Of a stretch of DNA of 64,000 nucleotides, positions 17,447 through 33,310 are shown piece after piece (position 1 is the stretch's first letter; each line of letters begins with the position of its first letter). Source of the DNA: Escherichia coli (GTDB lineage: Bacteria; Pseudomonadota; Gammaproteobacteria; Enterobacterales; Enterobacteriaceae); NCBI RefSeq assembly GCF_009931435.1, contig NZ_CP043414.1; one strand, 5' to 3'. Position numbers and translations under genes: made by a program. The notes under the pieces were generated by a model. That model was not told the DNA's origin and ran no database searches. It saw only the letters and a program-made list of their open reading frames with translations.

Positions 17447-17474
17447 ACAAAAAACGCGCCCGAAGGCGCGTTGG
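17447..17474 (-). terminator. raiA terminator
   Basis: aaaaaacgcgcc-cgaa-ggcgcgtt hairpin 3' of raiA (minus strand), T-run on the transcribed strand. Confidence 0.6.
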
Positions 17475-17495
17475 CGATACACTCAATATAAAGGA

Positions 17496-17891
<396 letters not shown>

Positions 17892-18028
17892 TCAAAATGT
17901 GTGATGGAAATCTCATAATTTTGTCACTTTTTGTCAACGAATCTTTTTTGTGAGAAATCGCAGGAAGAGGTGTTTTTTTACTTGAGGAATATCTCAAAGC
18001 GAGCCATATTTGATGAGATCGATAGTGA

Positions 18029-18808
18029 CTAAATCGCTTCAGTTTCACAACTAACAGAATAAAAAAACGGCAGCTCAAGGCTGTAATGCCAGTCAGTTAA
18101 GCAACTGACTGGCTCTTTTTCGGGGCTGTGGGGTATTTCCAGGGCCTCTCCTTTACCACTCTCGGGAAGGCCCTTTCCCTTCTTGTCGGTAATTTCACTG
18201 GCTGTCCCATACTTGCAAGATCGCGCATCAGCTCCGGTATACGTCCCGGTGAAGCGCATGGCGTCCGTCATCGACGTCAGCAGATGGCTGGTCAGTTCCA
18301 TCTGGCAGACCATTTTGACCTGCGGGTAGAGCGCCGGGTTCCCGGCATGTGTCTGGCGGGGGAAGGCTGCATCGTTCTCTGGTGTATCCGGTGTGCGCCA
18401 GAACACACCATCGATGGCCAGCAGGGTCAGGCTGCACCAGTGCGGATGCAGCGTGGCGTTATGCCAGAGCTGCGCTGTTTTCGTGAACACGCGGCGGACA
18501 GCCTCACTTCCCAGGCGCTGGCGGGCCTGAATAACGGCACTGGGGGCAACGAAGGGGCGATTGCCCGGCAGCATGATGTCCAGGCGATTCACAATCTGGT
18601 GAAGAGGTTCTTTACGCTCAAGCGCCATGCCAACAATACACCAGACCATCATTTCGAGGGGAAGACGGCGCTTGCGTAGCGTTACAGTACCTGATTCGGC
18701 AAGGCAACGAGAGATGAGTTCGGGGTCGAGGTAATCCCCCAGAAAAGTCAGTGGGTTACGCAGAGAATCGTAACGGGATACCAAATCAAGGGCCTGTCCA
18801 ATGAGCAT
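18029..18808 (-). pseudogene. IS4 transposase (InsG-like), internal deletion with frameshifted C-terminus
   Basis: First about 178 aa (MLIGQALDLVSRYDSLRNPLTFLGDYLDPELISRCLAESG...QVKMVCQMELTSHLLT) match IS4 transposase as I recall it; then the frame jumps to out-of-frame 3'-end sequence. Confidence 0.65.
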
Positions 18809-18892
18809 AAAAAAATCCGGAAACGAGTGAGCGTTTCCGGATTCTTACACAGCCACTGAATCGGTCAACTGATCCTTAACTGATCGGCATTA
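18084..18892 (-). mobile_element. IS4, internally deleted copy with terminal inverted repeats and target-site duplication
   Basis: Ends TAATGCCAGTCAGTTAAG (18084-) and CTTAACTGATCGGCATTA (-18892); flanking direct repeat cagctcaagg(g)ctg at 18071-18083 and 18893-18906; about 0.8 kb versus about 1.4 kb for intact IS4 (from memory). Confidence 0.7.
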
Positions 18893-18930
18893 CAGCTCAA
18901 GGGCTGCCGTTTTTTTATTTCAATCTTCTG

Positions 18931-19668
18931 TTATGTATTGCTGCTGTTAGCAGCGATAATCTTCGCTACCTTTTCAGCTTGCGCATTCATCTGCATCTGA
19001 CGGTATGCATTTTCCATCAGCGGCAGCGCATCACGCGTAGCCTGGGTATCCGGATAGTCGCGCAACATGCCTTCTACGCGGTTAACGACAGCAACCCATG
19101 CACCACGTTCTGTATAATACTCGGCAACGGAGTATTCATATTTCGCCAGACGATCTTTCAGGAATACCAGACGTTTGGTGGCATCGGTGGTGTACTGACT
19201 GTTCGGATAGCCGCGCACCAGTTTGGAAAAGTCACTAAACGCAGCTCGTGCATGTTGAGGATCGCGATCGCTACGGTCAACGCCAAAGAACCCTTGCAGC
19301 GCACTGTCATCCAGCGCCATATTGGTCAGGCCACGCATGTACATGACATAATCGATATTCGGATGGGTCGGGTTAAGGCGAATAAAACGATCGATGGCAG
19401 CCTGTGCTAACGGCAAATCGGCGTTTTTATAGTAGGCGTAGATGAGATCCAGCTGCACCTGCTGCGAATACGGACCAAACGGATAGCGATTATCTAACGC
19501 TTCCAGTTGCGTTATTGCCTGTCTCCAGTTACCGTCCTGCAGCTTTTGTTGTGCAGTCGCGTAAATTTCATTTGGCGGATTATCAGGTACTTCTTCCTTT
19601 GACCCCGAGCAACCCGCCAAAAACAGGCTTAGTGTGGCGGCTGCCACCAGATATTTCATGCGCGTCAT
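18931..19668 (-). CDS. bamD: outer membrane protein assembly factor BamD
   Basis: 245 aa lipoprotein, signal + lipobox LAGCSG, TPR-like; recognised as E. coli BamD/YfiO. Confidence 0.95.
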
Positions 19669-19802
19669 GACGTTTTGACTTTCCTCAAAATGTAATACGG
19701 GAGATTCTCTGTTCCTGCTCCCGGTTAAGACCAGCTACAATAGCACACTATATTAAACGGCAAAGCCGTAAAACCCCAACGATAAACGAAGAAGCAGTAT
19801 AT

Positions 19803-20783
19803 ATGGCACAACGAGTACAGCTCACTGCAACGGTGTCCGAAAACCAACTCGGTCAACGCTTAGATCAGGCTTTGGCCGAAATGTTCCCGGATTATTCACG
19901 TTCGCGAATAAAAGAATGGATCCTCGACCAGCGCGTGCTGGTTAACGGCAAAGTTTGTGATAAGCCGAAAGAAAAAGTATTGGGTGGCGAGCAGGTGGCC
20001 ATCAACGCTGAGATTGAAGAAGAAGCGCGTTTTGAACCGCAGGATATCCCGCTGGATATCGTCTATGAAGATGAAGATATCATCGTCATTAATAAACCAC
20101 GCGACCTGGTGGTACATCCTGGCGCGGGTAACCCGGATGGCACGGTACTGAATGCGTTGCTTCATTATTATCCGCCCATTGCCGATGTACCGCGTGCGGG
20201 CATCGTCCATCGTCTGGATAAAGACACCACCGGCCTGATGGTTGTGGCAAAAACCGTTCCGGCTCAGACGCGTTTAGTCGAATCTTTGCAACGGCGTGAA
20301 ATTACTCGTGAGTATGAAGCGGTGGCAATTGGTCATATGACCGCTGGCGGTACAGTAGATGAACCAATCAGCCGCCACCCGACCAAACGTACTCACATGG
20401 CGGTGCATCCGATGGGTAAACCGGCGGTCACTCACTATCGCATCATGGAACACTTCCGTGTGCACACGCGTCTGCGGTTGCGTCTGGAAACCGGACGTAC
20501 GCACCAGATCCGCGTGCATATGGCCCATATCACTCATCCGCTGGTGGGCGATCCGGTTTATGGCGGCCGTCCGCGTCCGCCAAAAGGTGCTTCGGAAGCG
20601 TTTATCTCCACGCTGCGTAAGTTTGACCGCCAGGCGCTTCATGCAACCATGCTGCGTCTTTATCACCCGATCTCCGGCATCGAAATGGAATGGCATGCGC
20701 CTATTCCACAAGATATGGTGGAGCTGATTGAGGTGATGCGCGCCGATTTCGAAGAGCATAAGGATGAAGTGGACTGGTTATGA
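19803..20783 (+). CDS. rluD: 23S rRNA pseudouridine synthase D
   Basis: 326 aa, MAQRVQLTATVSENQLGQRLDQALAEMF..., HRLDKDTTG motif. Confidence 0.95.
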   Translation: MAQRVQLTATVSENQLGQRLDQALAEMFPDYSRSRIKEWILDQRVLVNGKVCDKPKEKVLGGEQVAINAEIEEEARFEPQDIPLDIVYEDEDIIVINKPRDLVVHPGAGNPDGTVLNALLHYYPPIADVPRAGIVHRLDKDTTGLMVVAKTVPAQTRLVESLQRREITREYEAVAIGHMTAGGTVDEPISRHPTKRTHMAVHPMGKPAVTHYRIMEHFRVHTRLRLRLETGRTHQIRVHMAHITHPLVGDPVYGGRPRPPKGASEAFISTLRKFDRQALHATMLRLYHPISGIEMEWHAPIPQDMVELIEVMRADFEEHKDEVDWL

Positions 20784-21511
20784 GTAAGCTGATTGTCCCG
20801 CAGTGGCCGCTGCCAAAAGGTGTTGCGGCCTGTAGCTCTACCCGTATCGGCGGCGTGAGCTTGCCGCCGTATGACTCGCTCAACCTCGGTGCCCATTGTG
20901 GCGATAACCCGGATTACGTCGAGGAAAATCGTAAGCGACTTTTTGCTGCGGGCAATTTGCCTTCAAAACCGGTCTGGCTTGAGCAGGTACACGGCAGAGA
21001 TGTGCTTAAGCTTACTGGCGAACCTTATGCCTCAAAACGAGCAGATGCCTCTTATAGCAATACGCCCGGCACGGTTTGCGCCGTGATGACGGCCGACTGC
21101 CTCCCCGTGCTGTTTTGCAATCGAGCGGGAACGGAAGTCGCCGCCGCTCATGCTGGCTGGCGTGGACTGTGCGCTGGCGTGCTGGAGGAGACGGTTTCCT
21201 GTTTTGCTGATAATCCGGAAAATATTCTCGCCTGGTTAGGGCCGGCAATTGGTGCACGCGCGTTTGAAGTGGGGGCGGAGGTTCGCGAGGCGTTTATGGC
21301 AGTAGACGCCAAAGCGAGTACAGCTTTCATTCAGCATGGTGATAAGTATCTGGCGGATATTTATCAGCTTGCCCGGCAGCGTCTGGCGAGCGTAGGTGTT
21401 GAGCAAATTTTCGGCGGCGACCGTTGTACATATACGGAAAATGAGACATTCTTCTCTTATCGTCGCGACAAGATCACCGGTCGTATGGCAAGTTTCATTT
21501 GGCTGATATAA
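20780..21511 (+). CDS. yfiH: YfiH/PgeF family protein (peptidoglycan editing factor / polyphenol oxidase-like)
   Basis: 243 aa; K-12 synteny rluD-yfiH-clpB. Confidence 0.9.
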   Translation: MSKLIVPQWPLPKGVAACSSTRIGGVSLPPYDSLNLGAHCGDNPDYVEENRKRLFAAGNLPSKPVWLEQVHGRDVLKLTGEPYASKRADASYSNTPGTVCAVMTADCLPVLFCNRAGTEVAAAHAGWRGLCAGVLEETVSCFADNPENILAWLGPAIGARAFEVGAEVREAFMAVDAKASTAFIQHGDKYLADIYQLARQRLASVGVEQIFGGDRCTYTENETFFSYRRDKITGRMASFIWLI

Positions 21512-21573
21512 CCTAAAGAATCAAGACGATCCGGTACGCGTGATTTTCTTTTCACATTAATCTGGTCAATAAC

Positions 21574-21602
21574 CTTGAATAATTGAGGGATGACCTCATT
21601 TA
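21574..21602 (+). promoter_or_regulatory. candidate sigma32 heat-shock promoter of clpB
   Basis: CTTGAAT ... CCTCATTTA about 40 nt before the clpB start; resembles CTTGAAA-N-CCCCATnT. Confidence 0.45.
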
Positions 21603-21640
21603 ATCTCCAGTAGCAACTTTGATCCGTTATGGGAGGAGTT

Positions 21641-24214
21641 ATGCGTCTGGATCGTCTTACTAATAAATTCCAGCTTGCTCTTGCCGATGCCCAATCACTT
21701 GCACTCGGGCACGACAACCAATTCATCGAACCTCTTCATTTAATGAGCGCCCTGCTGAATCAGGAAGGGGGTTCGGTTAGTCCTTTATTAACATCCGCCG
21801 GCATCAATGCTGGTCAGTTGCGCACAGATATCAATCAGGCATTAAATCGTTTACCGCAGGTTGAAGGCACTGGTGGCGATGTCCAGCCCTCACAGGATCT
21901 GGTGCGCGTTCTTAATCTTTGCGACAAGCTGGCGCAAAAACGTGGTGATAACTTTATCTCGTCAGAACTGTTCGTTCTGGCGGCACTTGAGTCTCGCGGC
22001 ACGCTGGCCGACATCCTGAAAGCAGCAGGGGCGACCACCGCCAACATTACTCAAGCGATTGAACAAATGCGTGGAGGTGAAAGCGTGAACGATCAAGGAG
22101 CTGAAGACCAACGTCAGGCTTTGAAAAAATACACTATCGACCTCACCGAACGAGCCGAACAAGGCAAACTCGATCCGGTGATTGGCCGTGATGAAGAAAT
22201 TCGCCGTACCATTCAGGTACTGCAACGTCGTACTAAAAATAACCCGGTGCTGATTGGTGAACCAGGTGTTGGTAAAACAGCCATCGTTGAAGGTCTGGCT
22301 CAGCGTATTATCAATGGCGAAGTACCGGAAGGGCTGAAAGGCCGCCGCGTACTGGCGCTGGATATGGGCGCGCTGGTGGCTGGGGCGAAATATCGCGGTG
22401 AGTTTGAAGAACGTTTAAAAGGCGTACTTAACGATCTTGCTAAACAGGAAGGGAACGTCATCCTGTTTATCGACGAATTACATACCATGGTCGGCGCGGG
22501 TAAAGCCGATGGCGCAATGGACGCCGGAAACATGCTGAAACCGGCGCTGGCGCGTGGTGAATTGCACTGCGTAGGTGCCACGACGCTGGACGAATATCGC
22601 CAGTACATCGAAAAAGATGCTGCGCTGGAACGTCGCTTCCAGAAAGTGTTTGTTGCCGAGCCAACCGTGGAAGACACCATTGCTATTCTGCGTGGCCTGA
22701 AAGAACGTTATGAACTGCACCACCATGTGCAAATTACTGACCCGGCAATTGTTGCAGCGGCGACGTTGTCTCATCGCTACATTGCTGACCGTCAGCTGCC
22801 GGATAAAGCCATCGACCTGATCGATGAAGCAGCATCCAGCATTCGTATGCAGATTGACTCAAAACCGGAAGAACTCGACCGACTCGATCGTCGTATCATC
22901 CAGCTCAAACTGGAACAACAGGCGTTAATGAAAGAGTCTGATGAAGCCAGTAAAAAACGCCTGGATATGCTCAACGAAGAACTGAGCGACAAAGAACGTC
23001 AGTATTCCGAGTTAGAAGAAGAGTGGAAAGCAGAGAAAGCCTCGCTCTCTGGTACGCAGACCATTAAAGCGGAACTGGAACAGGCGAAAATCGCTATTGA
23101 ACAGGCTCGCCGTGTGGGTGATCTGGCGCGGATGTCTGAACTGCAATACGGCAAAATTCCAGAACTGGAAAAGCAACTGGAAGCCGCAACGCAGCTCGAA
23201 GGCAAAACTATGCGTCTCTTGCGTAATAAAGTGACCGACGCCGAAATTGCTGAAGTGCTGGCGCGTTGGACGGGGATTCCGGTTTCTCGCATGATGGAAA
23301 GCGAGCGCGAAAAACTGCTGCGTATGGAGCAAGAGCTGCACCATCGCGTTATTGGTCAGAACGAAGCGGTTGATGCGGTATCTAACGCTATTCGTCGTAG
23401 CCGTGCGGGGCTTGCTGACCCGAATCGCCCGATTGGTTCATTCCTGTTCCTCGGCCCAACGGGTGTGGGGAAAACTGAGCTTTGTAAGGCGCTGGCGAAC
23501 TTTATGTTTGATAGCGACGAGGCGATGGTCCGTATCGATATGTCCGAGTTTATGGAGAAACACTCGGTGTCTCGTCTGGTTGGTGCGCCTCCGGGATATG
23601 TCGGTTATGAAGAAGGTGGCTACCTGACCGAAGCAGTGCGTCGTCGTCCGTATTCCGTCATCCTGCTGGATGAAGTGGAAAAAGCGCATCCGGATGTCTT
23701 CAACATTCTGTTGCAGGTACTGGATGATGGGCGTCTGACTGACGGGCAGGGGAGAACGGTCGACTTCCGTAATACGGTTGTCATTATGACCTCTAACCTC
23801 GGTTCCGATTTGATTCAGGAACGCTTCGGTGAACTGGATTATGCGCACATGAAAGAGCTGGTACTCGGTGTGGTAAGCCATAACTTCCGTCCGGAATTCA
23901 TTAACCGTATCGATGAAGTGGTGGTCTTCCATCCGCTGGGTGAACAGCACATTGCGTCGATTGCGCAGATTCAGTTGAAACGTCTGTACAAACGTCTGGA
24001 AGAACGTGGTTATGAAATCCACATTTCTGACGAGGCGCTGAAACTGCTGAGCGAGAACGGTTACGATCCGGTCTATGGTGCACGTCCTCTGAAACGTGCA
24101 ATCCAGCAGCAGATCGAAAACCCGCTGGCACAGCAAATACTGTCTGGTGAATTGGTTCCGGGTAAAGTTATTCGCCTGGAAGTTAATGAAGACAGGATTG
24201 TCGCCGTCCAGTAA
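21641..24214 (+). CDS. clpB: chaperone disaggregase ClpB
   Basis: 857 aa from [11 protein letters not shown]; two AAA+ modules ([16 protein letters not shown]); the ORF track starts 4 codons upstream. Confidence 0.95.
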   Translation: MRLDRLTNKFQLALADAQSLALGHDNQFIEPLHLMSALLNQEGGSVSPLLTSAGINAGQLRTDINQALNRLPQVEGTGGDVQPSQDLVRVLNLCDKLAQKRGDNFISSELFVLAALESRGTLADILKAAGATTANITQAIEQMRGGESVNDQGAEDQRQALKKYTIDLTERAEQGKLDPVIGRDEEIRRTIQVLQRRTKNNPVLIGEPGVGKTAIVEGLAQRIINGEVPEGLKGRRVLALDMGALVAGAKYRGEFEERLKGVLNDLAKQEGNVILFIDELHTMVGAGKADGAMDAGNMLKPALARGELHCVGATTLDEYRQYIEKDAALERRFQKVFVAEPTVEDTIAILRGLKERYELHHHVQITDPAIVAAATLSHRYIADRQLPDKAIDLIDEAASSIRMQIDSKPEELDRLDRRIIQLKLEQQALMKESDEASKKRLDMLNEELSDKERQYSELEEEWKAEKASLSGTQTIKAELEQAKIAIEQARRVGDLARMSELQYGKIPELEKQLEAATQLEGKTMRLLRNKVTDAEIAEVLARWTGIPVSRMMESEREKLLRMEQELHHRVIGQNEAVDAVSNAIRRSRAGLADPNRPIGSFLFLGPTGVGKTELCKALANFMFDSDEAMVRIDMSEFMEKHSVSRLVGAPPGYVGYEEGGYLTEAVRRRPYSVILLDEVEKAHPDVFNILLQVLDDGRLTDGQGRTVDFRNTVVIMTSNLGSDLIQERFGELDYAHMKELVLGVVSHNFRPEFINRIDEVVVFHPLGEQHIASIAQIQLKRLYKRLEERGYEIHISDEALKLLSENGYDPVYGARPLKRAIQQQIENPLAQQILSGELVPGKVIRLEVNEDRIVAVQ

Positions 24215-24328
24215 TGATAAAACGAGTCCTTCGGGGCTCGTTTTTGTCTATAAATTAGACGGAAAAGACTATATTCAAGATGTTTTGCCTGAAAAATGAG
24301 CGAACGATAAAGTTTTTATATTTTTCGC

Positions 24329-24356
24329 TTGTCAGGCCGGAATAACTCCCTATAAT
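24329..24356 (+). promoter_or_regulatory. rRNA operon promoter P1 (with upstream A/T-rich UP element)
   Basis: TTGTCA-16 nt-TATAAT, preceded by aaagtttttatatttttcg. Confidence 0.75.
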
Positions 24357-24446
24357 GCGCCACCACTGACACGGAACAACGGCAAACACGCCGCCGGGTC
24401 AGCGAGGTTCTCCTGAGAATCTCGACAGAGAAAAGCAAAAAAATGC

Positions 24447-24474
24447 TTGACTCTGTAGCGGGAAAGCGTATTAT
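24447..24474 (+). promoter_or_regulatory. rRNA operon promoter P2
   Basis: TTGACT-16 nt-TATTAT; boxA-like TGCTCTTTAACAA follows at 24512-24524. Confidence 0.7.
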
Positions 24475-24655
24475 GCACACCCCGCGCCGCTGAGAAAAAG
24501 CGAAGCGGCACTGCTCTTTAACAATTTATCAGACAATCTGTGTGGGCACTCGAAGATACGGATTCTTAACGTCGCAAGACGAAAAATGAATACCAAGTCT
24601 CAAGAGTGAACACGTAATTCATTACGAAGTTTAATTCTTTGAGCATCAAACTTTT

Positions 24656-26197
<1,542 letters not shown>

Positions 26198-26368
26198 CCT
26201 TAAAGAAGCGTACTTTGCAGTGCTCACACAGATTGTCTGATGAAAAGTGAATAGCAAGGCGTTTACGCGTTGGGAGTGAGGCTGAAGAGAATAAGGCCGT
26301 TCGCTTTCTATTAATGAAAGCTCACCCTACACGAAAATATCACGCAGCGCGTGATAAGCAATTTTCGT

Positions 26369-26444
26369 GTCCCCTTCGTCTAGAGGCCCAGGACACCGCC
26401 CTTTCACGGCGGTAACAGGGGTTCGAATCCCCTAGGGGACGCCA
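26369..26444 (+). tRNA. gltW: tRNA-Glu (UUC) in the 16S-23S spacer
   Basis: GTCCCCTTCGTCTAGAGGCCCAGGACACCGCCCTTTCACGGCGGTAACAGGGGTTCGAATCCCCTAGGGGACGCCA, 76 nt. Confidence 0.95.
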
Positions 26445-26637
26445 CTTGCTGGTTTGTGAGTGAAAGTCACCTGCCTTAATATCTCAAAACTCATCTTCGG
26501 GTGACGTTTGAGATATTTGCTCTTTAAAAATCTGGATCAAGCTGAAAATTGAAACACTGAACAACGAAAGTTGTTCGTGAGTCTCTCAAATTTTCGCAAC
26601 ACGATGATGAATCGCAAGAAACATCTTCGGGTTGTGA

Positions 26638-29541
<2,904 letters not shown>

Positions 29542-29728
29542 TACAACGCCGAAGGTGTTTTGGCGGATTGAGAGAATTTCAGCTTGGATCCAGAGTCCGA
29601 AGGATTTTGCGCTGAGACAAGGCGGCAAATGAAGCGAAGGAAGGAGCATACTGAAGTATGTGACTGATTTTCGCGAATGCAGCCAACGCAGTATCAGCAC
29701 AAAAGACACAGGACAGAGCACAGGAATT

Positions 29729-29848
29729 TGCCTGGCGGCCTTAGCGCGGTGGTCCCACCTGACCCCATGCCGAACTCAGAAGTGAAACGCCGTAGCGCCG
29801 ATGGTAGTGTGGGGTCTCCCCATGCGAGAGTAGGGAACTGCCAGGCAT
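29729..29848 (+). rRNA. rrfG: 5S ribosomal RNA
   Basis: TGCCTGGCGGCC...GGGAACTGCCAGGCAT, 120 nt. Confidence 0.97.
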
Positions 29849-29859
29849 CAAATTAAGCA

Positions 29860-29890
29860 GAAGGCCATCCGTCAGGATGGCCTTTTTGCG
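29860..29890 (+). terminator. rRNA operon terminator
   Basis: aggccatcc-gtca-ggatggcct hairpin followed by TTTTTG directly after the 5S gene. Confidence 0.8.
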
Positions 29891-29895
29891 CTGGT

Positions 29896-29945
29896 GCGGA
29901 AAAAATGCCGGATGCGACGCTGGCTGCATCTTATCCGTCCTACGC
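29896..29945. repeat. REP-like palindromic element
   Basis: gccggatgcgacgc...cttatccgtcctacg resembles the REP consensus. Confidence 0.5.
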
Positions 29946-30178
29946 TCCCACATAAGCCAGATTCAACAGCGAATACGGCTTCCCCAAATTGCCCACTTAA
30001 ATACTTCCTCCTTACCAGAAATCTATCCTTAAGCTCCTTAATAACCATTTTCCTGCTAACTAAATTCATGGTTAAGGTTGCATAATGATGCGCAACAAAT
30101 GCATAACATTTTCTTTACCAAAAAAATAAACAACAGCGACCGACAAAAGCATCGGATTACGGCAGGAGACATAATGGC

Positions 30179-31477
30179 ATGGCTGAAAGTACTGTAACGG
30201 CAGACAGCAAACTGACAAGTAGTGATACTCGTCGCCGCATCTGGGCAATTGTGGGGGCCTCTTCAGGTAATTTGGTCGAGTGGTTCGATTTCTATGTCTA
30301 CTCGTTCTGTTCACTCTACTTCGCCCACATCTTCTTCCCTTCCGGGAACACGACGACTCAACTACTGCAAACAGCAGGTGTTTTTGCTGCGGGATTTCTG
30401 ATGCGCCCAATAGGCGGTTGGCTATTTGGCCGGATAGCCGATAAACATGGTCGCAAAAAATCGATGCTGTTATCGGTGTGTATGATGTGTTTCGGCTCAC
30501 TGGTTATCGCCTGTTTGCCAGGCTACGAAACAATCGGTACCTGGGCTCCGGCATTATTGCTTCTTGCTCGTTTATTCCAGGGATTATCCGTTGGCGGAGA
30601 ATATGGCACCAGCGCCACCTATATGAGTGAAGTTGCCGTTGAAGGGCGCAAAGGTTTTTACGCATCATTTCAGTATGTGACGTTGATCGGCGGGCAACTG
30701 CTAGCTCTACTGGTTGTCGTGGTTTTACAACACACCATGGAAGACGCTGCACTCAGAGAGTGGGGATGGCGTATTCCTTTCGCGTTAGGAGCTGTGTTAG
30801 CTGTTGTGGCGTTGTGGTTACGTCGTCAGTTAGATGAAACTTCACAACAAGAAACACGCGCTTTAAAAGAAGCTGGTTCTCTAAAAGGATTATGGCGCAA
30901 TCGCCGTGCATTCATCATGGTTCTCGGTTTTACCGCTGCAGGCTCCCTTTGTTTCTATACCTTCACCACTTATATGCAGAAGTATCTGGTAAATACTGCG
31001 GGAATGCATGCCAACGTGGCGAGTGGCATTATGACTGCCGCATTGTTTGTATTCATGCTTATTCAACCACTTATTGGCGCGCTGTCGGATAAGATTGGTC
31101 GTCGTACCTCAATGTTATGTTTCGGTTCTCTGGCAACCATTTTTACCGTTCCTATTCTCTCAGCATTGCAGAACGTTTCTTCGCCTTATGCCGCTTTTGG
31201 TCTAGTGATGTGCGCCCTGCTGATAGTGAGTTTTTATACTTCAATCAGTGGAATACTGAAGGCTGAGATGTTCCCGGCACAGGTTCGCGCATTAGGCGTT
31301 GGTCTGTCATATGCGGTCGCCAATGCTATATTTGGTGGTTCGGCGGAGTACGTAGCGTTGTCACTGAAATCAATAGGAATGGAAACAGCCTTCTTCTGGT
31401 ATGTGACCTTGATGGCCGTGGTGGCGTTTCTGGTTTCACTAACATTGCACCGTAAAGGAAAAGGGATGCGTCTTTAG
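30179..31477 (+). CDS. kgtP: alpha-ketoglutarate permease (MFS)
   Basis: 432 aa [39 protein letters not shown]...; recognised as KgtP. Confidence 0.95.
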   Translation: MAESTVTADSKLTSSDTRRRIWAIVGASSGNLVEWFDFYVYSFCSLYFAHIFFPSGNTTTQLLQTAGVFAAGFLMRPIGGWLFGRIADKHGRKKSMLLSVCMMCFGSLVIACLPGYETIGTWAPALLLLARLFQGLSVGGEYGTSATYMSEVAVEGRKGFYASFQYVTLIGGQLLALLVVVVLQHTMEDAALREWGWRIPFALGAVLAVVALWLRRQLDETSQQETRALKEAGSLKGLWRNRRAFIMVLGFTAAGSLCFYTFTTYMQKYLVNTAGMHANVASGIMTAALFVFMLIQPLIGALSDKIGRRTSMLCFGSLATIFTVPILSALQNVSSPYAAFGLVMCALLIVSFYTSISGILKAEMFPAQVRALGVGLSYAVANAIFGGSAEYVALSLKSIGMETAFFWYVTLMAVVAFLVSLTLHRKGKGMRL

Positions 31478-31797
31478 TGATGCGCCAGTTGCCAGACGGT
31501 ATAGCCAGTAGTTGCACCGGCGACATCCCAGGTAAAATCTTTCCAGCTCCAGCCGCTCCCCTCGGGGCGGCTATCCCAAAGTTCTTTTGACGCGCCCAGC
31601 CCAACAGAGAACATCAGCCCGAAAGTGGCACTGCGATCGCGACTCATCCCCTGATGCTGTGAATATTCATTTCCGGCAGCGGAAAGCATCGCCGAGGCGA
31701 TAAAGTGTTGAGCTTTATCCTGCCCGCTCCAGCTATCGTTAGCCATATGGCTGCATCCAGAAAGTAACAATAGCGAACAGACAAAAAGAATACGCAA
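31474..31797 (-). CDS. yfiM: lipoprotein YfiM
   Basis: 107 aa, signal + lipobox LLSGCS. Confidence 0.9.
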   Translation of the reverse strand: MRILFVCSLLLLSGCSHMANDSWSGQDKAQHFIASAMLSAAGNEYSQHQGMSRDRSATFGLMFSVGLGASKELWDSRPEGSGWSWKDFTWDVAGATTGYTVWQLAHH

Positions 31798-31841
31798 AAC
31801 GTGGCCTCCAAAAACAAACCCCGTACAGGACGGGGTTGTGA

Positions 31842-33197
31842 TTACAGGATGCGGCTAATTAATCGGTCGATGCGGATACGGCGCAAACGGCGAATGAGTT
31901 TACGAACCTTCACCGGATAATCGGCAATACTTTGCAGATCGCGATAGTGCTTAACGATGGTGGTATGCTCGCGGATCAGCTCCAGTTCTTTCTCTCGCTG
32001 TGGCGCAAGCTCCAGTTGCGGATCGTGAATCAAAATGGCGTTTTCCAGATCCAGACGCCAGGCGCGTGGGTTCAGGTTATTGCCGGTGAGCAACATCCAC
32101 TTATCATCAACCCACATCCCTTTCAGGTGATAGGTGTTGTCGTCATCTTTCCATAACCGAACCACTAACTGGTCAGTGTTGACGTAATACTGCAAACGGC
32201 TCAGGAAACGACGCAGATTGATCTCATAGAGATAAGGCAGTGCGCCAATTATCTTGAAAGGCTCATCTTCCGGAATGTAGAAGTCATTCGCAGTTTTATC
32301 GCCAACAATAATTTCGACCTTTTTCCCTTCGCGCAGTAACTGGATGATATTACGCACAAGGATTGCTGGCAGGTTGAAATATGGTGTGCAAATGGTTAGT
32401 TTCTGCTCGGCACAAGGCATAAGATGGAAAATGGTCTTGTTCAACAGACTCGATTTCCCCAGGCCCACCAATGGCGTAACAGAAAGCTGATCGTTATCAG
32501 CATCACCCTGGAAATGATAAGCGGCATCACGCAGCTCCTGGCGGAACAGACGAATGTCATTCTTGATTTCCGGGCTTTTTGGGCGATTAACATCATCCAA
32601 ACGATTAACGCCGCGACCATTCATTATATTCTGTGTAACCCATTCGAACATAATGTCTGACATCTTGCGGTTACGAATCAGATGATAACGGTCGTAGCGG
32701 TATTTATCGTGCTGATGCAGATAAACATCGTTCAAGCTGGCACCGCTATAAAGAACGCTATCGTCGATGATAAAGCCTTTAAAGTGCAGAACACCAAGGG
32801 CCTCACGGGTATTGATTGGAACGCCATAAACTGGAACATCTACGCCCGGATTTTCCTGCGCCATGCGGCAGTACCAGTCAGCGTTAGTGTTAGATGCCGC
32901 AGCGCCAATGCGTCCACGTTGTGCACGATGCCAGTCGACCAGCACCCGCACATCCAGTTCCGGACGCTGCCGTTTAGCCTCATACAACGCGTTCAGAATG
33001 CCTTTGCCACCGTCATCCTGTTCGAGATACAGGGCGACAATGCAAATGCGCTGCTTCGCGCTGGCTATTTTTTCCAGCAGCGTCTCCCGGAAGTCGGCGG
33101 GAGCGTAAAAGAAATCGACATCATCAACTGATTGAGAAATCTTGGGTAGTTGGGCAAGGTGTTGTTGATGTTTATTACGCTTAAATTTTGACAACAT
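31842..33197 (-). CDS. pssA: phosphatidylserine synthase (CDP-diacylglycerol--serine O-phosphatidyltransferase)
   Basis: 451 aa from [17 protein letters not shown]; two PLD-type HxK motifs; the ORF track adds one upstream Met. Confidence 0.95.
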   Translation of the reverse strand: MLSKFKRNKHQQHLAQLPKISQSVDDVDFFYAPADFRETLLEKIASAKQRICIVALYLEQDDGGKGILNALYEAKRQRPELDVRVLVDWHRAQRGRIGAAASNTNADWYCRMAQENPGVDVPVYGVPINTREALGVLHFKGFIIDDSVLYSGASLNDVYLHQHDKYRYDRYHLIRNRKMSDIMFEWVTQNIMNGRGVNRLDDVNRPKSPEIKNDIRLFRQELRDAAYHFQGDADNDQLSVTPLVGLGKSSLLNKTIFHLMPCAEQKLTICTPYFNLPAILVRNIIQLLREGKKVEIIVGDKTANDFYIPEDEPFKIIGALPYLYEINLRRFLSRLQYYVNTDQLVVRLWKDDDNTYHLKGMWVDDKWMLLTGNNLNPRAWRLDLENAILIHDPQLELAPQREKELELIREHTTIVKHYRDLQSIADYPVKVRKLIRRLRRIRIDRLISRIL

Positions 33198-33310
33198 CAC
33201 AGTGCATTTCTTCTCTGTTCATTGAAGGGTCCTCTGTGCAATGCAGACGACATAAGCGGGCAATAATAACACCAGTCCCGATTAAGTGGTCAACATTTCC
33301 AGTACCTTAC

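Noticed and set aside
22300-24136. Several minus-strand ORFs (e.g. 23438..24136, 232 aa)
   Set aside because: Antisense within clpB
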